From assembly GCA_964452565.1 (NCBI GenBank), contig CAYVLY010000001.1, positions 386,897 through 450,896 on the forward strand: a stretch of 64,000 nt of DNA, read 5' to 3'. The notes under the pieces are model-generated. The model was not told where the DNA came from. It searched no databases and was given only the letters and a program-made list of their open reading frames with translations. Positions 36,779 through 46,528 of this stretch are shown here, in pieces (within the stretch, counting starts at the first letter, position 1; each line of letters starts with the position of its first letter). The position numbers were made by a program, and so were the translations under genes. The DNA comes from an uncultured Gammaproteobacteria bacterium. GTDB taxonomy: Bacteria > Patescibacteriota > Patescibacteriia > UBA9934.

Positions 36779-37747
36779 ATGACTCACAGGCAAATCAAGG
36801 TGTGGCGCCAGCCCACCTCTGTGAGCGTCCAGCTCGAAGCCACCCGCAGCGCCGAGCACGAATTGAGACAGCTCATCATAGCCATACAGCAAGCGCTGGG
36901 GGTCCAGGACTGGCACAACTTCGGACGCATGCTCCAGACCTGCTGCAACGTCTTCATGCCAGAACGCCACACCCCGATGGGCTTCGGCGTACGCAGACGT
37001 TCACCAGCCCAGATCCTCAAGCGCAAGATGGAGTGGGTGGACATCGAAGAGTTCAAGGCCTTCGGCCTCAAGATCGAAGACGAAACCTTCACAGCCACCC
37101 CCCGCGAACCCGTGACCATCACGATCGGACGCACCTTCACTGGGGGTCACGAGTTCAACAGCGATGGACACAGCATCGTCTTCACGGTCGCAAGCGACTC
37201 CGAGGTCGAGATCATCGCTGAGGTCCAGGACAGAGTCGGGAGCGTCGATAGAGGCCGCCACATGGGCAGCTACCACTTGCAGCTTGGCGAAACCACCTAC
37301 ACATCTGTGCTCTACGTCCAGGCCTGGACTCAGAGACACTGGGCCTTCAGCAAGGGCAGCAAGGAACGCCTGGGAGACCGCCTGCAGGAACCGCCCTACG
37401 ACTGCTTCCGCCGAGATGCTCCGATCTATCAGGTCGAACCGCTCGAAGACGAGGAGCTCGTGGTCTACGAGAGCTCTGGGGCCCACAATGTAGGTCTGGA
37501 AGTGCCCTTCTCGCGCACGGCACCGAGACACCCGGATCGTCAGGTCTTCGCCTCGGTCGGACCGTTCTCGTTGGCACTGCGCAAGGGCGAACGCCGCGGA
37601 CGCAGCCCAGCTCGCGATCGCATCGTGGTCTTCCGCGATGACAAACTGCCCATCGTCCCACCCGAAGTTGACGATGAGGAATGCGACGATAGCGGCTGGG
37701 ACTGCGACGAATTCGACTTCGCTGACCGGTACGACGCAGAGTACTAG
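36779..37747 (+). CDS. hypothetical protein in ~60% GC island (cassette 3), 322 aa
   Basis: RBS GAGGGAGA 6 nt before the ATG at 36779; GC-rich; antisense ORFs in this stretch are treated as GC artefacts. Confidence 0.55.
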   Translation: MTHRQIKVWRQPTSVSVQLEATRSAEHELRQLIIAIQQALGVQDWHNFGRMLQTCCNVFMPERHTPMGFGVRRRSPAQILKRKMEWVDIEEFKAFGLKIEDETFTATPREPVTITIGRTFTGGHEFNSDGHSIVFTVASDSEVEIIAEVQDRVGSVDRGRHMGSYHLQLGETTYTSVLYVQAWTQRHWAFSKGSKERLGDRLQEPPYDCFRRDAPIYQVEPLEDEELVVYESSGAHNVGLEVPFSRTAPRHPDRQVFASVGPFSLALRKGERRGRSPARDRIVVFRDDKLPIVPPEVDDEECDDSGWDCDEFDFADRYDAEY

Positions 37748-37756
37748 CCCCACCAC

Positions 37757-37810
37757 TCACCCCCACCCAAGGACCCCCTCGTCCTCGGCGTGGGGGTTCT
37801 GCTTTTTTGT
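37757..37810 (+). terminator. GC-hairpin terminator of cassette 3 (second copy of shared module)
   Basis: TCACCCCCACCCAAGGACCCCCTCGTCCTCGGCGTGGGGGTTCTGCTTTTTTG. Confidence 0.65.
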
Positions 37811-37817
37811 TCAAACC

Positions 37818-37878
37818 TGGGGCCCACCACGAGCCTGCCTGCCAGCAGGCAGGGGTTTCAGGGGGATGAAGTGCCCCC
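37818..37878 (+). repeat. internally deleted fragment of the about 240-nt structured repeat family (retains both termini)
   Basis: GGGCCCACCACGAGC (5' end as in copy 3), then palindrome CCTGCCTGCCAGCAGGCAGG, then GGGGGATGAAGTGCCCCC (3' hairpin as in copy 3, GGGGGACGGAGTGCCCCC). Confidence 0.5.
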
Positions 37879-37954
37879 AATGAAACACGTTTCACACAAC
37901 AACCCTTGACACACCTAACAAAATCAGATTTTTCGTGCATGATAAAATATAAGT

Positions 37955-39055
37955 ATGACTCAAGGAGATGAGAGCTTGGCGTATTTGATGGCCTTAAATG
38001 AATTTCCACAGTTTGGTCCGCGCAGGATGCAGCGGTTGTTTAAGTATTTTGATTCAGCCCAGTCAATCTTCGAATCAGGCACATCAGATCTTCAAAGTGC
38101 AGGGATCTCTGAGAATATTGCAAAAGAGTTCATTGAATTCCGTAAATCAATCAATCCGCAGGAACTACTTGAGCTTATTCGATCGAATCAGGTCTCGACC
38201 TTATCAATCTTCGACCCTAACTACCCCACCCTACTCAAAGAGATATTTGATCCTCCGACATTGCTATATGTAAAAGGTAAGCTTCCAGATCTTACTGATC
38301 GAAAACTTCTTGGAATCGTTGGTTCGCGCAAAGTAAGTCCATATGGCATGCAGGCTGCAAAAGACCTAACTCGAAACATAGCAAGGGCTGGAATCATTAC
38401 TGTAAGCGGGCTTGCGTATGGAGTTGATCAAATCGTACATCGATCAACAATCGACGCAGGCGGATCAACGATCGCAGTTCTAGGCTTTGGCATTCTGCAT
38501 GAATCAACGCCGCGTGAACAAAAGATGCAAAGATACATAGTTGAGAATGGCGGATGTTTAATCAGTGAATTCCCGCTGATGATGCATGGTGCCAAACAAA
38601 ACTTCCCAGTCCGCAACCGAATCATCTCAGGGCTAAGCCACGGGACCCTTGTGGTTGAGGCGGCGATAAAATCCGGCTCACTAATAACAGCCCGATCGGC
38701 AACTGATCAAAACCGTGAGGTTTTTGCTGTTCCAGGTCCGATTAACTCTCCAGCTTCAGAAGGTACAAATAATCTAATCAAAAATGGCGCACATACGGTC
38801 ACTTCGATCGAAGATATACTTGAACCACTTGAAATCGACCGAATCCGATCAAACTCAATCAAAAAAACCACCCCAAAGGGCGACACTCCGCAGGAAGATA
38901 AAATCCTGTCGATCTTATCAAAACAACCAGTCCACATCGACGACATCACCCGCAAATCCAACCTTCCTCCCCACACCGTCGCAAGCGTAATTTCGATGCT
39001 TGAATTGAAAGGACTTGCCCAAAACGTCGGAGCGCAATACTATACGTACGTATGA
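37955..39055 (+). CDS. dprA: DNA processing protein DprA (Smf)
   Basis: Rossmann-like core GIVGSRKVSPYGMQAAKDLTRNIARAGIITVSGLAYGVDQIVH; 366 aa with C-terminal winged-helix-like tail. Confidence 0.85.
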   Translation: MTQGDESLAYLMALNEFPQFGPRRMQRLFKYFDSAQSIFESGTSDLQSAGISENIAKEFIEFRKSINPQELLELIRSNQVSTLSIFDPNYPTLLKEIFDPPTLLYVKGKLPDLTDRKLLGIVGSRKVSPYGMQAAKDLTRNIARAGIITVSGLAYGVDQIVHRSTIDAGGSTIAVLGFGILHESTPREQKMQRYIVENGGCLISEFPLMMHGAKQNFPVRNRIISGLSHGTLVVEAAIKSGSLITARSATDQNREVFAVPGPINSPASEGTNNLIKNGAHTVTSIEDILEPLEIDRIRSNSIKKTTPKGDTPQEDKILSILSKQPVHIDDITRKSNLPPHTVASVISMLELKGLAQNVGAQYYTYV

Positions 39056-40329
39056 TCCCGCAATATTACAAAGCCTACGAAAACTTTTTGTCACTGACCA
39101 ATCTGTGTCAAAAGCCGTTTTCTGATTCAAAAGCAGAGCTCAAAAAATCCATGAGACGCACAGAGCTATTTATGGAAGCTCTTGGTAGTCCGCATAAAAA
39201 GCTTAAGATCATTCATATCGCAGGAACAAGTGGAAAAGGATCGGTCGCATATATGCTACATCAGATGCTTAAGGCTGACAACCAAAGCGTTGGAACCTAC
39301 CTCTCACCTCATACAACAACCTTCTTAGAACGCTTTCAATATAACGACAAGCTTTTAAGTGCTAAAGAACTTACTGATTCGATTGATGATCTGATGAGCA
39401 CATATGAATCTTTTCTTGAAAAGCACGGCACTCCACTTTCGTTCTTCGAGCTCTCAACTTGCCTCTCGCTCTTCGCCTTTCATAAAGCCGGCGCCAAGTG
39501 GTGTGTACTTGAGACTGGATGCGGTGGCCGCTGGGATGCCACAAATGTAATCCCAACTCCAGAGGTTGCGATTATCACAAATATCGACAAGGATCATACT
39601 GAGCTTTTAGGGAACTCTCTAACACAGATTGCATTTGAAAAAGCTGGAATCATTAAAAAGAATGGAACGGTTTTTTGCGGTGAAGTGAGACCAAAAATAA
39701 AAAAAGTATTCATGAAAGAGGCGATCAAAAACAATGCCGCGCTTTTCTTTATTCACCCTCCGTTTGAGAACATCACAGATGCAAAGCATGGAGAACATCA
39801 GCAACACAATGCTTCACTTGCTGTGGCTGCAGCACAAGAGCTAAAGATAGCTGATTCTTCGATCGAAAAAATACTTGATAATCTCAAACGCCTTCCTTGT
39901 CGCTTTGAAACTATTCAAAAGTCGCCGCAAATCATCCTGGATGGCGCACATTCCCCTGCCAAGATTGCGGCTACAGTGAAAAAGATCAAAACAATCGACA
40001 AACCTATACACTTGATATTCGGCTGTGCTGCAAACAAAGATGCAACTCAAATGATTAAACAGCTCGCTCCACACATTAACAAAGTCACAACAACACGATT
40101 TAAGATGGATATGCGAAAAGCAGCAATCCCATCTGATCTCATCAAGGCAGTACCAAAGGCAAAGCGGTCTGGTGCATTCTTGGATCATGAGGAAGCACTT
40201 GATCATGCTAAGAAGCAAATCAAGCAAGGCGAGGTTATTATCGCCACCGGCTCTCTTTTCCTAACAGGTGAAATGCGTACGAATTGGATCAGTGAAGAAG
40301 AAATAATCACAACTGGCTCTTCCTTTTGA
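39052..40329 (+). CDS. folC: folylpolyglutamate synthase / dihydrofolate synthase (Mur ligase family)
   Basis: P-loop IHIAGTSGKGS; LDGAHSP motif; 425 aa. Confidence 0.7.
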   Translation: MIPQYYKAYENFLSLTNLCQKPFSDSKAELKKSMRRTELFMEALGSPHKKLKIIHIAGTSGKGSVAYMLHQMLKADNQSVGTYLSPHTTTFLERFQYNDKLLSAKELTDSIDDLMSTYESFLEKHGTPLSFFELSTCLSLFAFHKAGAKWCVLETGCGGRWDATNVIPTPEVAIITNIDKDHTELLGNSLTQIAFEKAGIIKKNGTVFCGEVRPKIKKVFMKEAIKNNAALFFIHPPFENITDAKHGEHQQHNASLAVAAAQELKIADSSIEKILDNLKRLPCRFETIQKSPQIILDGAHSPAKIAATVKKIKTIDKPIHLIFGCAANKDATQMIKQLAPHINKVTTTRFKMDMRKAAIPSDLIKAVPKAKRSGAFLDHEEALDHAKKQIKQGEVIIATGSLFLTGEMRTNWISEEEIITTGSSF

Positions 40330-40473
40330 TGGAGGAGATCCCTCGACTCCTCGCGTAAACGCTCGGTCGCTCGGGATGACAGCTTCTGGAATACAGCTAT
40401 CCGCCACCGTCATTTGACATCCCTCTCTTAATCCTGCATTATTGGCACGTACATATCTCAAATTAAGCTAATT

Positions 40474-42762
40474 ATGGGCACAAAACTACTGATCGTTGAG
40501 TCACCAACCAAGGCAAGAACAATTACGAAATTTTTAGGCGCACCTTACGAGGTGCTTTCTTCCTATGGACATATCCGGGATCTTCCGAAAAAGGAGATGG
40601 GAGTGGATACTGAGAAAAGCTTCACACCAAAGTACGTGGTTCCTACAGATAAGAAAAAGCACGTAAGCGAGTTAAAGGCTGCTGCTAAAAAAGCAGATGA
40701 GATCTACCTTGCCTCTGATGAAGACCGCGAAGGAGAAGCCATTGCCTGGCATGTGGCTGAAATCTTGAAGCTTGATGAGTCTGAAATCAAACGGATCGCT
40801 TTTCATGAAATCACAAAACATGCAATTGAAGAAGCCCTAAAGGAGCCTCGCAAGCTCTCAATGCACCTAGTTGACGCACAGCAGACCCGTCGTATTCTTG
40901 ATCGACTTGTCGGTTACGAACTTTCTCCATTCTTATGGAAAAAAGTTCAACGCGGACTTTCAGCTGGGCGTGTACAATCAGTTGCTCTTCGACTAATCGT
41001 TGAAAGAGAACGTGAACGCAATGCCTTTAATTCTGAGGAATACTGGACTATCGAGGGGCTATTTGAAAAGGATACAGCCGAGTTTGAAGGAAAACTCTCG
41101 AAAATCGATGGAAAGAAGGTTGAAAAACTACAGATCCAAACTGAGGCTGATGCGCAAAAGATCAAAGATGATGTTACTGGCGAAGAATTTACAATCTCAT
41201 CGATTGAAAAGAAGCAAGCTACCCGAAAACCTCCAACACCACTGACAACTTCTACTTTGCAGCAAGAGGCGAACAGCAAACTTGGGTTTGGCGCAAAGCG
41301 AACCATGACAATCGCACAAAAGCTCTATGAAACTGGACGTATTACTTACATGCGTACTGACTCTCTGAACTTAGCTGATAAATTCTTAGGTGAAGCACAA
41401 GAGTATATCCAAGGCTCGCTTGGAAGTGACTATGCTAAAGGTAAGCAAGTCTATAGAACAAAGAAAAAAGGTGCACAAGAAGCTCATGAAGCAGTTCGTC
41501 CAACTGATATAACTGCATCACCAGAAGCTTTGCGTGGAAGACTTAAAGACGAGGGCCAGTGGAAACTTTATGATCTGATTTGGCGACGAACACTTGCGAC
41601 GCAGCTTCCTGCTGCAAAGCTTGAGCAAACTGGTATCAACCTAGAAGCCAAGAACTATACATTCCGTACAAGCGGTAGTGTGATCGTATTTGATGGATTC
41701 ATGAAAGTATACCGTGCTGCAAAACAAACCATCCTTCCTGAACTTGCAGAGGGTGATAAGGTCAAAGATAAGGAGATCAATGCCAAGCAACACTTCACAG
41801 AACCACCTGCACGATTCTCTGATGCAACTTTGGTTAAGGTGCTTGAAGAGCATGGTATTGGTCGACCTTCAACTTATGCGCCTACGATCGGGACGATCAT
41901 TGATCGTGGATATGTTGAGCGTGATGAGCGTAAAAAGCTTGCACCAACCAACACTGCTCTGATCGTAACCGACCTACTTGTTGAGCACTTCCCAGACATT
42001 GTTGATTACGAATTCACAGCAACCATGGAGAAAACACTTGATGAAATCGCTGAGGGTAAGATCGAATGGGTACCAATGCTTGAAGCTTTTTACAAACCAT
42101 TCCATGAACATTTAGAAAAAAAGTCCGAAGAACTGACCAGAGCGGATGTAATGCACGAGCGAGAGCTTGGGGTTGATAAAAAGTCAGGAAAGACCGTATA
42201 CCTCAAAACCGGACGCTTTGGACCATATGTCCAACTAGGTGAATATCATAAAGACGATAAAGAAGCGCCAAAGCCAAAGAGCTCTTCCCTGCTTAAGGGC
42301 ATGAACATGGATACTGTGACTCTTGAAGAGGTACTTCCATTATTCGAACTTCCTCGAACCGTCGGTACTACAGCAGATGGTGAAGTTATCACAGCGCAAC
42401 TTGGTCCATATGGTCCTTATCTAAAAGCTGGCAAACTCAACGCCTCTCTGCCAGAAGAAGAAAGCGTTCTTGAAGTAAATGAAAATACCGCACGAGTTAT
42501 TCTTGAGACCACTAGGGCACAGAAGAAAGCCATGGCAGAACCACTTGCAAAGCTTGGAATAGATCCTGAATCAAAGGAAGAGATACTTGTGAAGGTTGGC
42601 CGCTTTGGACCCTATGTCACAGATGGAACAACAAATGTATCAGTCCCTAAAAAGTTCGATCCAAAAGAAATAACCGCAGAGCAAGCGATTGAAATGCTTA
42701 TAAAGAAGCGAGCAAAAAAAGGTATAAAACCAGGTGCAAAGAAAAACGCCAAGAAAAAATAG
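40474..42762 (+). CDS. topA: DNA topoisomerase I
   Basis: TOPRIM N-terminus LLIVESPTKARTITKFLG...GHIRDLP; 762 aa with Lys-rich C-terminal tail. Confidence 0.95.
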   Translation: MGTKLLIVESPTKARTITKFLGAPYEVLSSYGHIRDLPKKEMGVDTEKSFTPKYVVPTDKKKHVSELKAAAKKADEIYLASDEDREGEAIAWHVAEILKLDESEIKRIAFHEITKHAIEEALKEPRKLSMHLVDAQQTRRILDRLVGYELSPFLWKKVQRGLSAGRVQSVALRLIVERERERNAFNSEEYWTIEGLFEKDTAEFEGKLSKIDGKKVEKLQIQTEADAQKIKDDVTGEEFTISSIEKKQATRKPPTPLTTSTLQQEANSKLGFGAKRTMTIAQKLYETGRITYMRTDSLNLADKFLGEAQEYIQGSLGSDYAKGKQVYRTKKKGAQEAHEAVRPTDITASPEALRGRLKDEGQWKLYDLIWRRTLATQLPAAKLEQTGINLEAKNYTFRTSGSVIVFDGFMKVYRAAKQTILPELAEGDKVKDKEINAKQHFTEPPARFSDATLVKVLEEHGIGRPSTYAPTIGTIIDRGYVERDERKKLAPTNTALIVTDLLVEHFPDIVDYEFTATMEKTLDEIAEGKIEWVPMLEAFYKPFHEHLEKKSEELTRADVMHERELGVDKKSGKTVYLKTGRFGPYVQLGEYHKDDKEAPKPKSSSLLKGMNMDTVTLEEVLPLFELPRTVGTTADGEVITAQLGPYGPYLKAGKLNASLPEEESVLEVNENTARVILETTRAQKKAMAEPLAKLGIDPESKEEILVKVGRFGPYVTDGTTNVSVPKKFDPKEITAEQAIEMLIKKRAKKGIKPGAKKNAKKK

Positions 42763-42794
42763 AACCAAAAACAGGCTCTTACGAGCCTGTTTTT

Positions 42795-44636
42795 CTATTT
42801 TACTTCTGACCGATCTATCCCGCCCCTTGTTGGCGCTGTGCCTGGCTTTGTTGTCTTTGCCTGCTTCCCGGCTCCAACACCAAGCTTACTGGCATCAACA
42901 GCAGTATCACCAAACTTAAATCCAGTCTTCATTGACTTTCTTTCTGCCAGCTCTTCTGGAGTCTGAACCTCTGGTGCTTCTGGTGCCGGCGTCTCTGCTG
43001 GCGCAGCCGCTTCTGGCCCTCTAGTCTTTAACAGTTCCGCTTCTGCCTTAATTTCTCTATCTAGTTGCTTTTTGCGCTCTGCTATTTCTTCAAGTCCAGC
43101 CTCGGCCTCGTCCAATCGTGCTTTGAGTGCATCGTGATCCGCTTTACTAAGCTCTGTATTTTCTAGCTGCTCCTCGAGACCTTTAATCGTTTCTGTTAAT
43201 GATGCTTCATCCTCAACAATCTTATTAAGCCTTTCAGAAAATTCATCTTGTTTTCCCGAGCCTTCAAGAGCAGCAATCCTATCACTAAACTGCTGTTGTT
43301 CATTCTTCTTCTCCTTAGCCTTTTCTTTCTTTAACGTCATCTTACCCATTTTCTTAATCTGTTTCCTACGTTCTTCATCTTCCTTCGCAAGCTTCTCATC
43401 GAGCTTCTTAATAGCCTCACCCGGCTCTCCAAACTTTGCTTCTTCCTGTCCTGTGATTTGTTTTAAGAATGACCAAAGACCAAGCGCCATTCGTGGAATC
43501 GTGGGAAGTGATCCAAGAATTGGCTTTCTACCTGCTATAAACTGACCCAACACACCAACTGTACCCATAGATGCAGCGGCAGCAGCCCATCCAACCTTTT
43601 TGACTTTACTATATTCTTCTTCATCAACCTCTTCCTTTGCAGCTTGCTCCTGCTGTTCCATACCAGCACCAAACTCTTGCCCCGCACCCCGTCTAGCTGC
43701 TTCGTTTATTTCCGTTCCTGGAACTTGCCCGCGATCGCCACCTCTATCACGACCTAAGGCATCAGCTGCTGCACCAGCAGCAGCACCAACTGCTGCTTCA
43801 ACGCCAGCACCAGCCTGGCTATCATCTGGTGGTTCTATTCCACCATCAGCCCCAGGTGCTTCAATGACATCAATAGCATTATCTAACGCCTGATCCCAGC
43901 GCTGCCTTGTCTCGCGATTTGATTCTTCTACTTCTGGGGGCAGTCCTGCGCCACCGCCAGTTAACTCAAATGTTTTGCTTTTTACCAACTTTATTACGTT
44001 TGCCAAATCCTCATAATCCACGCTGTCATCTAATTGATCGACATTCTCGAGCATTAGCAACATTTGAATTGCATCCTTTGTATCTTCATCCGCTCTTCTC
44101 TCCATCTCACGCAGAGTGTCCAAAAAATCTGGATTTTTAACAGCTTCCAGTACGGACTGGTAATATTCTGTATTATCACCTGGTGGTTCAACGTCTGCGT
44201 CTGGTGGTTCAACGTCTGCGTCTGGTGGTTCAACGTCTGCGTCTGGTGGTTGAATCTCTTGCCCTGTACCAGTGTCATCAGCAGGCGGCTCAACATCAGC
44301 AGGCGGCTCAACATCAGCAGGCGGCTCAACATCAGCAGGCGGCTCAACTCCACCTTCTCGATCCATACGATCAGCAACAGCATCGCCAAGATCGCCGATT
44401 GCCTCAGCCTCAGCACCTGCTCTAGCTTGTGCGCGCAACTCTTCCTCAGCAGCAAAGCGGGCCGCAGCTTCCTCATCTAGTTCAACACGAGCCGCCTCCT
44501 CAGCCGCAGCCTCTGCAGCAAGCTGCTCTGGAGATACTTCTGGCTGCTCTGCAGCTGCCTCAGGAGTGCCTTCAACTCCCTCTTGTTGACCTTCTTTTTT
44601 GTCTGGTTCATTTACCATATGTATACATAATATCAA
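42795..44636 (-). CDS. acidic low-complexity coiled-coil protein with tandem VEPPAD / DADVEPP repeats and one predicted TM segment
   Basis: 613-aa ORF; probable start MVNEPDKK at 44618. 4x VEPPAD (18-nt period, 44272..44345) and 3-4x DADVEPP (21-nt period, 44188..44270). Lys/Glu-rich coiled-coil C-terminal half. Confidence 0.55.
   Translation of the reverse strand: MILCIHMVNEPDKKEGQQEGVEGTPEAAAEQPEVSPEQLAAEAAAEEAARVELDEEAAARFAAEEELRAQARAGAEAEAIGDLGDAVADRMDREGGVEPPADVEPPADVEPPADVEPPADDTGTGQEIQPPDADVEPPDADVEPPDADVEPPGDNTEYYQSVLEAVKNPDFLDTLREMERRADEDTKDAIQMLLMLENVDQLDDSVDYEDLANVIKLVKSKTFELTGGGAGLPPEVEESNRETRQRWDQALDNAIDVIEAPGADGGIEPPDDSQAGAGVEAAVGAAAGAAADALGRDRGGDRGQVPGTEINEAARRGAGQEFGAGMEQQEQAAKEEVDEEEYSKVKKVGWAAAAASMGTVGVLGQFIAGRKPILGSLPTIPRMALGLWSFLKQITGQEEAKFGEPGEAIKKLDEKLAKEDEERRKQIKKMGKMTLKKEKAKEKKNEQQQFSDRIAALEGSGKQDEFSERLNKIVEDEASLTETIKGLEEQLENTELSKADHDALKARLDEAEAGLEEIAERKKQLDREIKAEAELLKTRGPEAAAPAETPAPEAPEVQTPEELAERKSMKTGFKFGDTAVDASKLGVGAGKQAKTTKPGTAPTRGGIDRSEVK
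44188..44345 (-). repeat. in-frame tandem coding repeats (21-nt x about 4 and 18-nt x 4)
   Basis: TGGTGGTTCAACGTCTGCGTC units and ATCAGCAGGCGGCTCAAC units, read directly. Confidence 0.9.
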
Positions 44637-44683
44637 AATCTTGCTTTTCGTGGTATTAGCGGCTAGTGTATACTATATAAGCT

Positions 44684-46153
44684 ATGAAAATTGCTTTTGA
44701 AACAATAAAAGAAGCATTGACCTCGGATCGATATACATCCGAGGATATTGAACTTGCAAAAAAAGCTTTTAATCTTGCAAAGCAAGCGCATGAAGGTCAG
44801 GTCCGCAAAACTGGAGAGCCATATTTCATTCACCCCATGATTACCTCGATAAAGCTTGCTGATATGAAGCTCCCTATCGAAGTTGTGGTTTCTGGGCTCC
44901 TACACGATGTTCCAGAAGATACTGAGGTAGAACTCGATGAGATTAGGAACGCTTTTGGTGATGATATTGCGAACATGGTCAACGGCGTTACAAAGTTGGG
45001 ACATGTTCAGTACCGTGGGATTGATAGATATGTCGAAAACCTGCGCAAGATGTTCTTGGCAATGGCGCAAGATGTTCGTGTGGTCTTTATCAAATTCGCC
45101 GACCGCATGCACAACATGGAAACGCTGTATGTGATTCCTGAACACAAACGAAGGCGTATTGCCAAAGAGGTAATGGAAATCTATGCTCCGATCGCCAATC
45201 GACTTGGTATGGGTGAATATCGTGGGTTGTTTGAGGATTATGCATTTCGATATATTGAACCAAAAGAATACAACTGGACAAAGCATTTACTAGAACAACG
45301 TGTAAAAAAGGCAGGACCTGCCATGGAGCGCGCAATGAAGAATGTTGATGCCGAACTGCTAAAACACAACATTCATACAATGAACATACATGGCAGGATT
45401 AAGTATTGCTATTCCCTTTTTAAAAAACTCAGGCGTTACAATGATGACATCTCAAAGGTATATGACATCATGGCTCTACGGATCATTGTAGACGATGTCA
45501 GTGAGTGTTATGCAGCGCTTGGAATTTTACATGGACTATATACACCACTTTCCGGACGAATCAAGGATTACATCTCACAGCCTAAACCAAACGGTTACCA
45601 GTCACTTCACACCACGGTTTTTGATGATCAGGGGACGATTCTTGAATTTCAGATTCGTACAACTGAGATGCACGAAGAAGCTGAATACGGTATTGCGGCT
45701 CACTGGCGATACAAAGAAAATCCTGGACAAAAAGAACGTCAGGTAACCTGGATGAATGAACTTGTTAAGATCCAAAAAGAGCTTGATGAGGAAGACTTCA
45801 TGGACCGACTTGATGAGCTAAAGCTCGACATGTTCCAGGACCGCATCTTTGTCTTCTCACCCAATGGTGACGTGTTTGACCTTCCAGCAGGCTCAACCCC
45901 GATCGACTTTGCTTATAATGTTCACACTGATATCGGAAATAAAGCAAGTGGTTCTAAGATTAATCATCAGATGGCAAACCTTAATACTCCGCTACGTTCT
46001 GGTGATATGTGTGAGGTTCTTGTTGATCGAAACCGCCAAAGTCCAAATGCTGACTGGTTGAAATTTGTAAAGACTCACCACGCGCGATCAAAAATCCGCG
46101 ACGCCCTAAGGAAGTCAAAAAAATCTTTCTTTCAGAGTATTATAAATCGGTAG
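44684..46153 (+). CDS. rel: short bifunctional RelA/SpoT-family (p)ppGpp synthetase/hydrolase (HD + synthetase + TGS, no ACT)
   Basis: HD motif LLHDVPEDT; synthetase region RIKYCYSLFKKL...DIMALRIIV; TGS IFVFSPNGDVFDLPAGSTPIDFAY. Confidence 0.85.
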   Translation: MKIAFETIKEALTSDRYTSEDIELAKKAFNLAKQAHEGQVRKTGEPYFIHPMITSIKLADMKLPIEVVVSGLLHDVPEDTEVELDEIRNAFGDDIANMVNGVTKLGHVQYRGIDRYVENLRKMFLAMAQDVRVVFIKFADRMHNMETLYVIPEHKRRRIAKEVMEIYAPIANRLGMGEYRGLFEDYAFRYIEPKEYNWTKHLLEQRVKKAGPAMERAMKNVDAELLKHNIHTMNIHGRIKYCYSLFKKLRRYNDDISKVYDIMALRIIVDDVSECYAALGILHGLYTPLSGRIKDYISQPKPNGYQSLHTTVFDDQGTILEFQIRTTEMHEEAEYGIAAHWRYKENPGQKERQVTWMNELVKIQKELDEEDFMDRLDELKLDMFQDRIFVFSPNGDVFDLPAGSTPIDFAYNVHTDIGNKASGSKINHQMANLNTPLRSGDMCEVLVDRNRQSPNADWLKFVKTHHARSKIRDALRKSKKSFFQSIINR

Positions 46154-46209
46154 GAGCAGCGGCCAGACAAAGGGCCGGCTTACGCCGGCCCTTTTAATTC
46201 TGAAACTAA

Positions 46210-46489
46210 GTCCCCAGCCAACCTTCTAACCTCGGGCCTGTCACGAGCACGTTCATGCTCATCCCCTGGCAGGAAGACGGAATAGCATTTTGAGTCCAAT
46301 TTATCCATATATACAAATTGGATCGCCAAAATGCCCGTCTGTATGCCTGGGGTATGCATGGACAGCGCAGTGAGGCCAAGCAGTTTCTTTTCCCCATTTC
46401 TTTGCTGCTACAAAGAAATGGGGCCAAGGGTTAGGGGTTAGGGGCAGGATGCCCCAATAACAAAAGACCGGCGATCTGCCGGTCTTTTG
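46210..46489 (+). ncRNA. copy 2 of the about 240-nt structured repeat family with 3' terminator
   Basis: Near-identical to copy 1, including the GTCCCCAGCC start. Hairpins CCCCATTTCTTTG-N7-CAAAGAAATGGGG and TCCAATTT...AAATTGGA. Terminator GACCGGC-GATCT-GCCGGTC plus TTTT. Confidence 0.5.
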
Positions 46490-46493
46490 CGAT

Positions 46494-46521
46494 GGATCCC
46501 CGCCTTTGCGGGGATGACAAG
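46494..46521. repeat. solo GGATCCCCGC-CTTT-GCGGGGATGACAA hairpin (same motif as the MITE-like family X ends), downstream of parB
   Basis: Perfect 8-bp stem; motif GGATyCC..GGrATGACAA shared with 59337..59440 and 62792..62879. Confidence 0.5.
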
Positions 46522-46528
46522 TTTATAG

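Noticed and set aside
37001-38009. Long minus-strand ORFs 37001..37756 (251 aa) and 37347..38009 (220 aa), and plus ORF 37164..37493
   Set aside because: They lie within the ~60% GC island, where stop codons are rare in all frames. They have Arg/Pro/Gly-rich low-complexity translations. The plus-strand gene 36779..37747 has an RBS, a promoter and a terminator.
44188-44345. Possible CRISPR array
   Set aside because: The repeats are contiguous with no spacers, are in frame inside a CDS, and there are no cas genes. They are coding tandem repeats.
44054-44589. ORFs 44054..44476(-), 44064..44480(+), 44183..44425(+) and 44272..44589(+) with striking repetitive translations
   Set aside because: They are alternative-frame or antisense readings of the VEPPAD/DADVEPP tandem coding repeats of the 613-aa gene.
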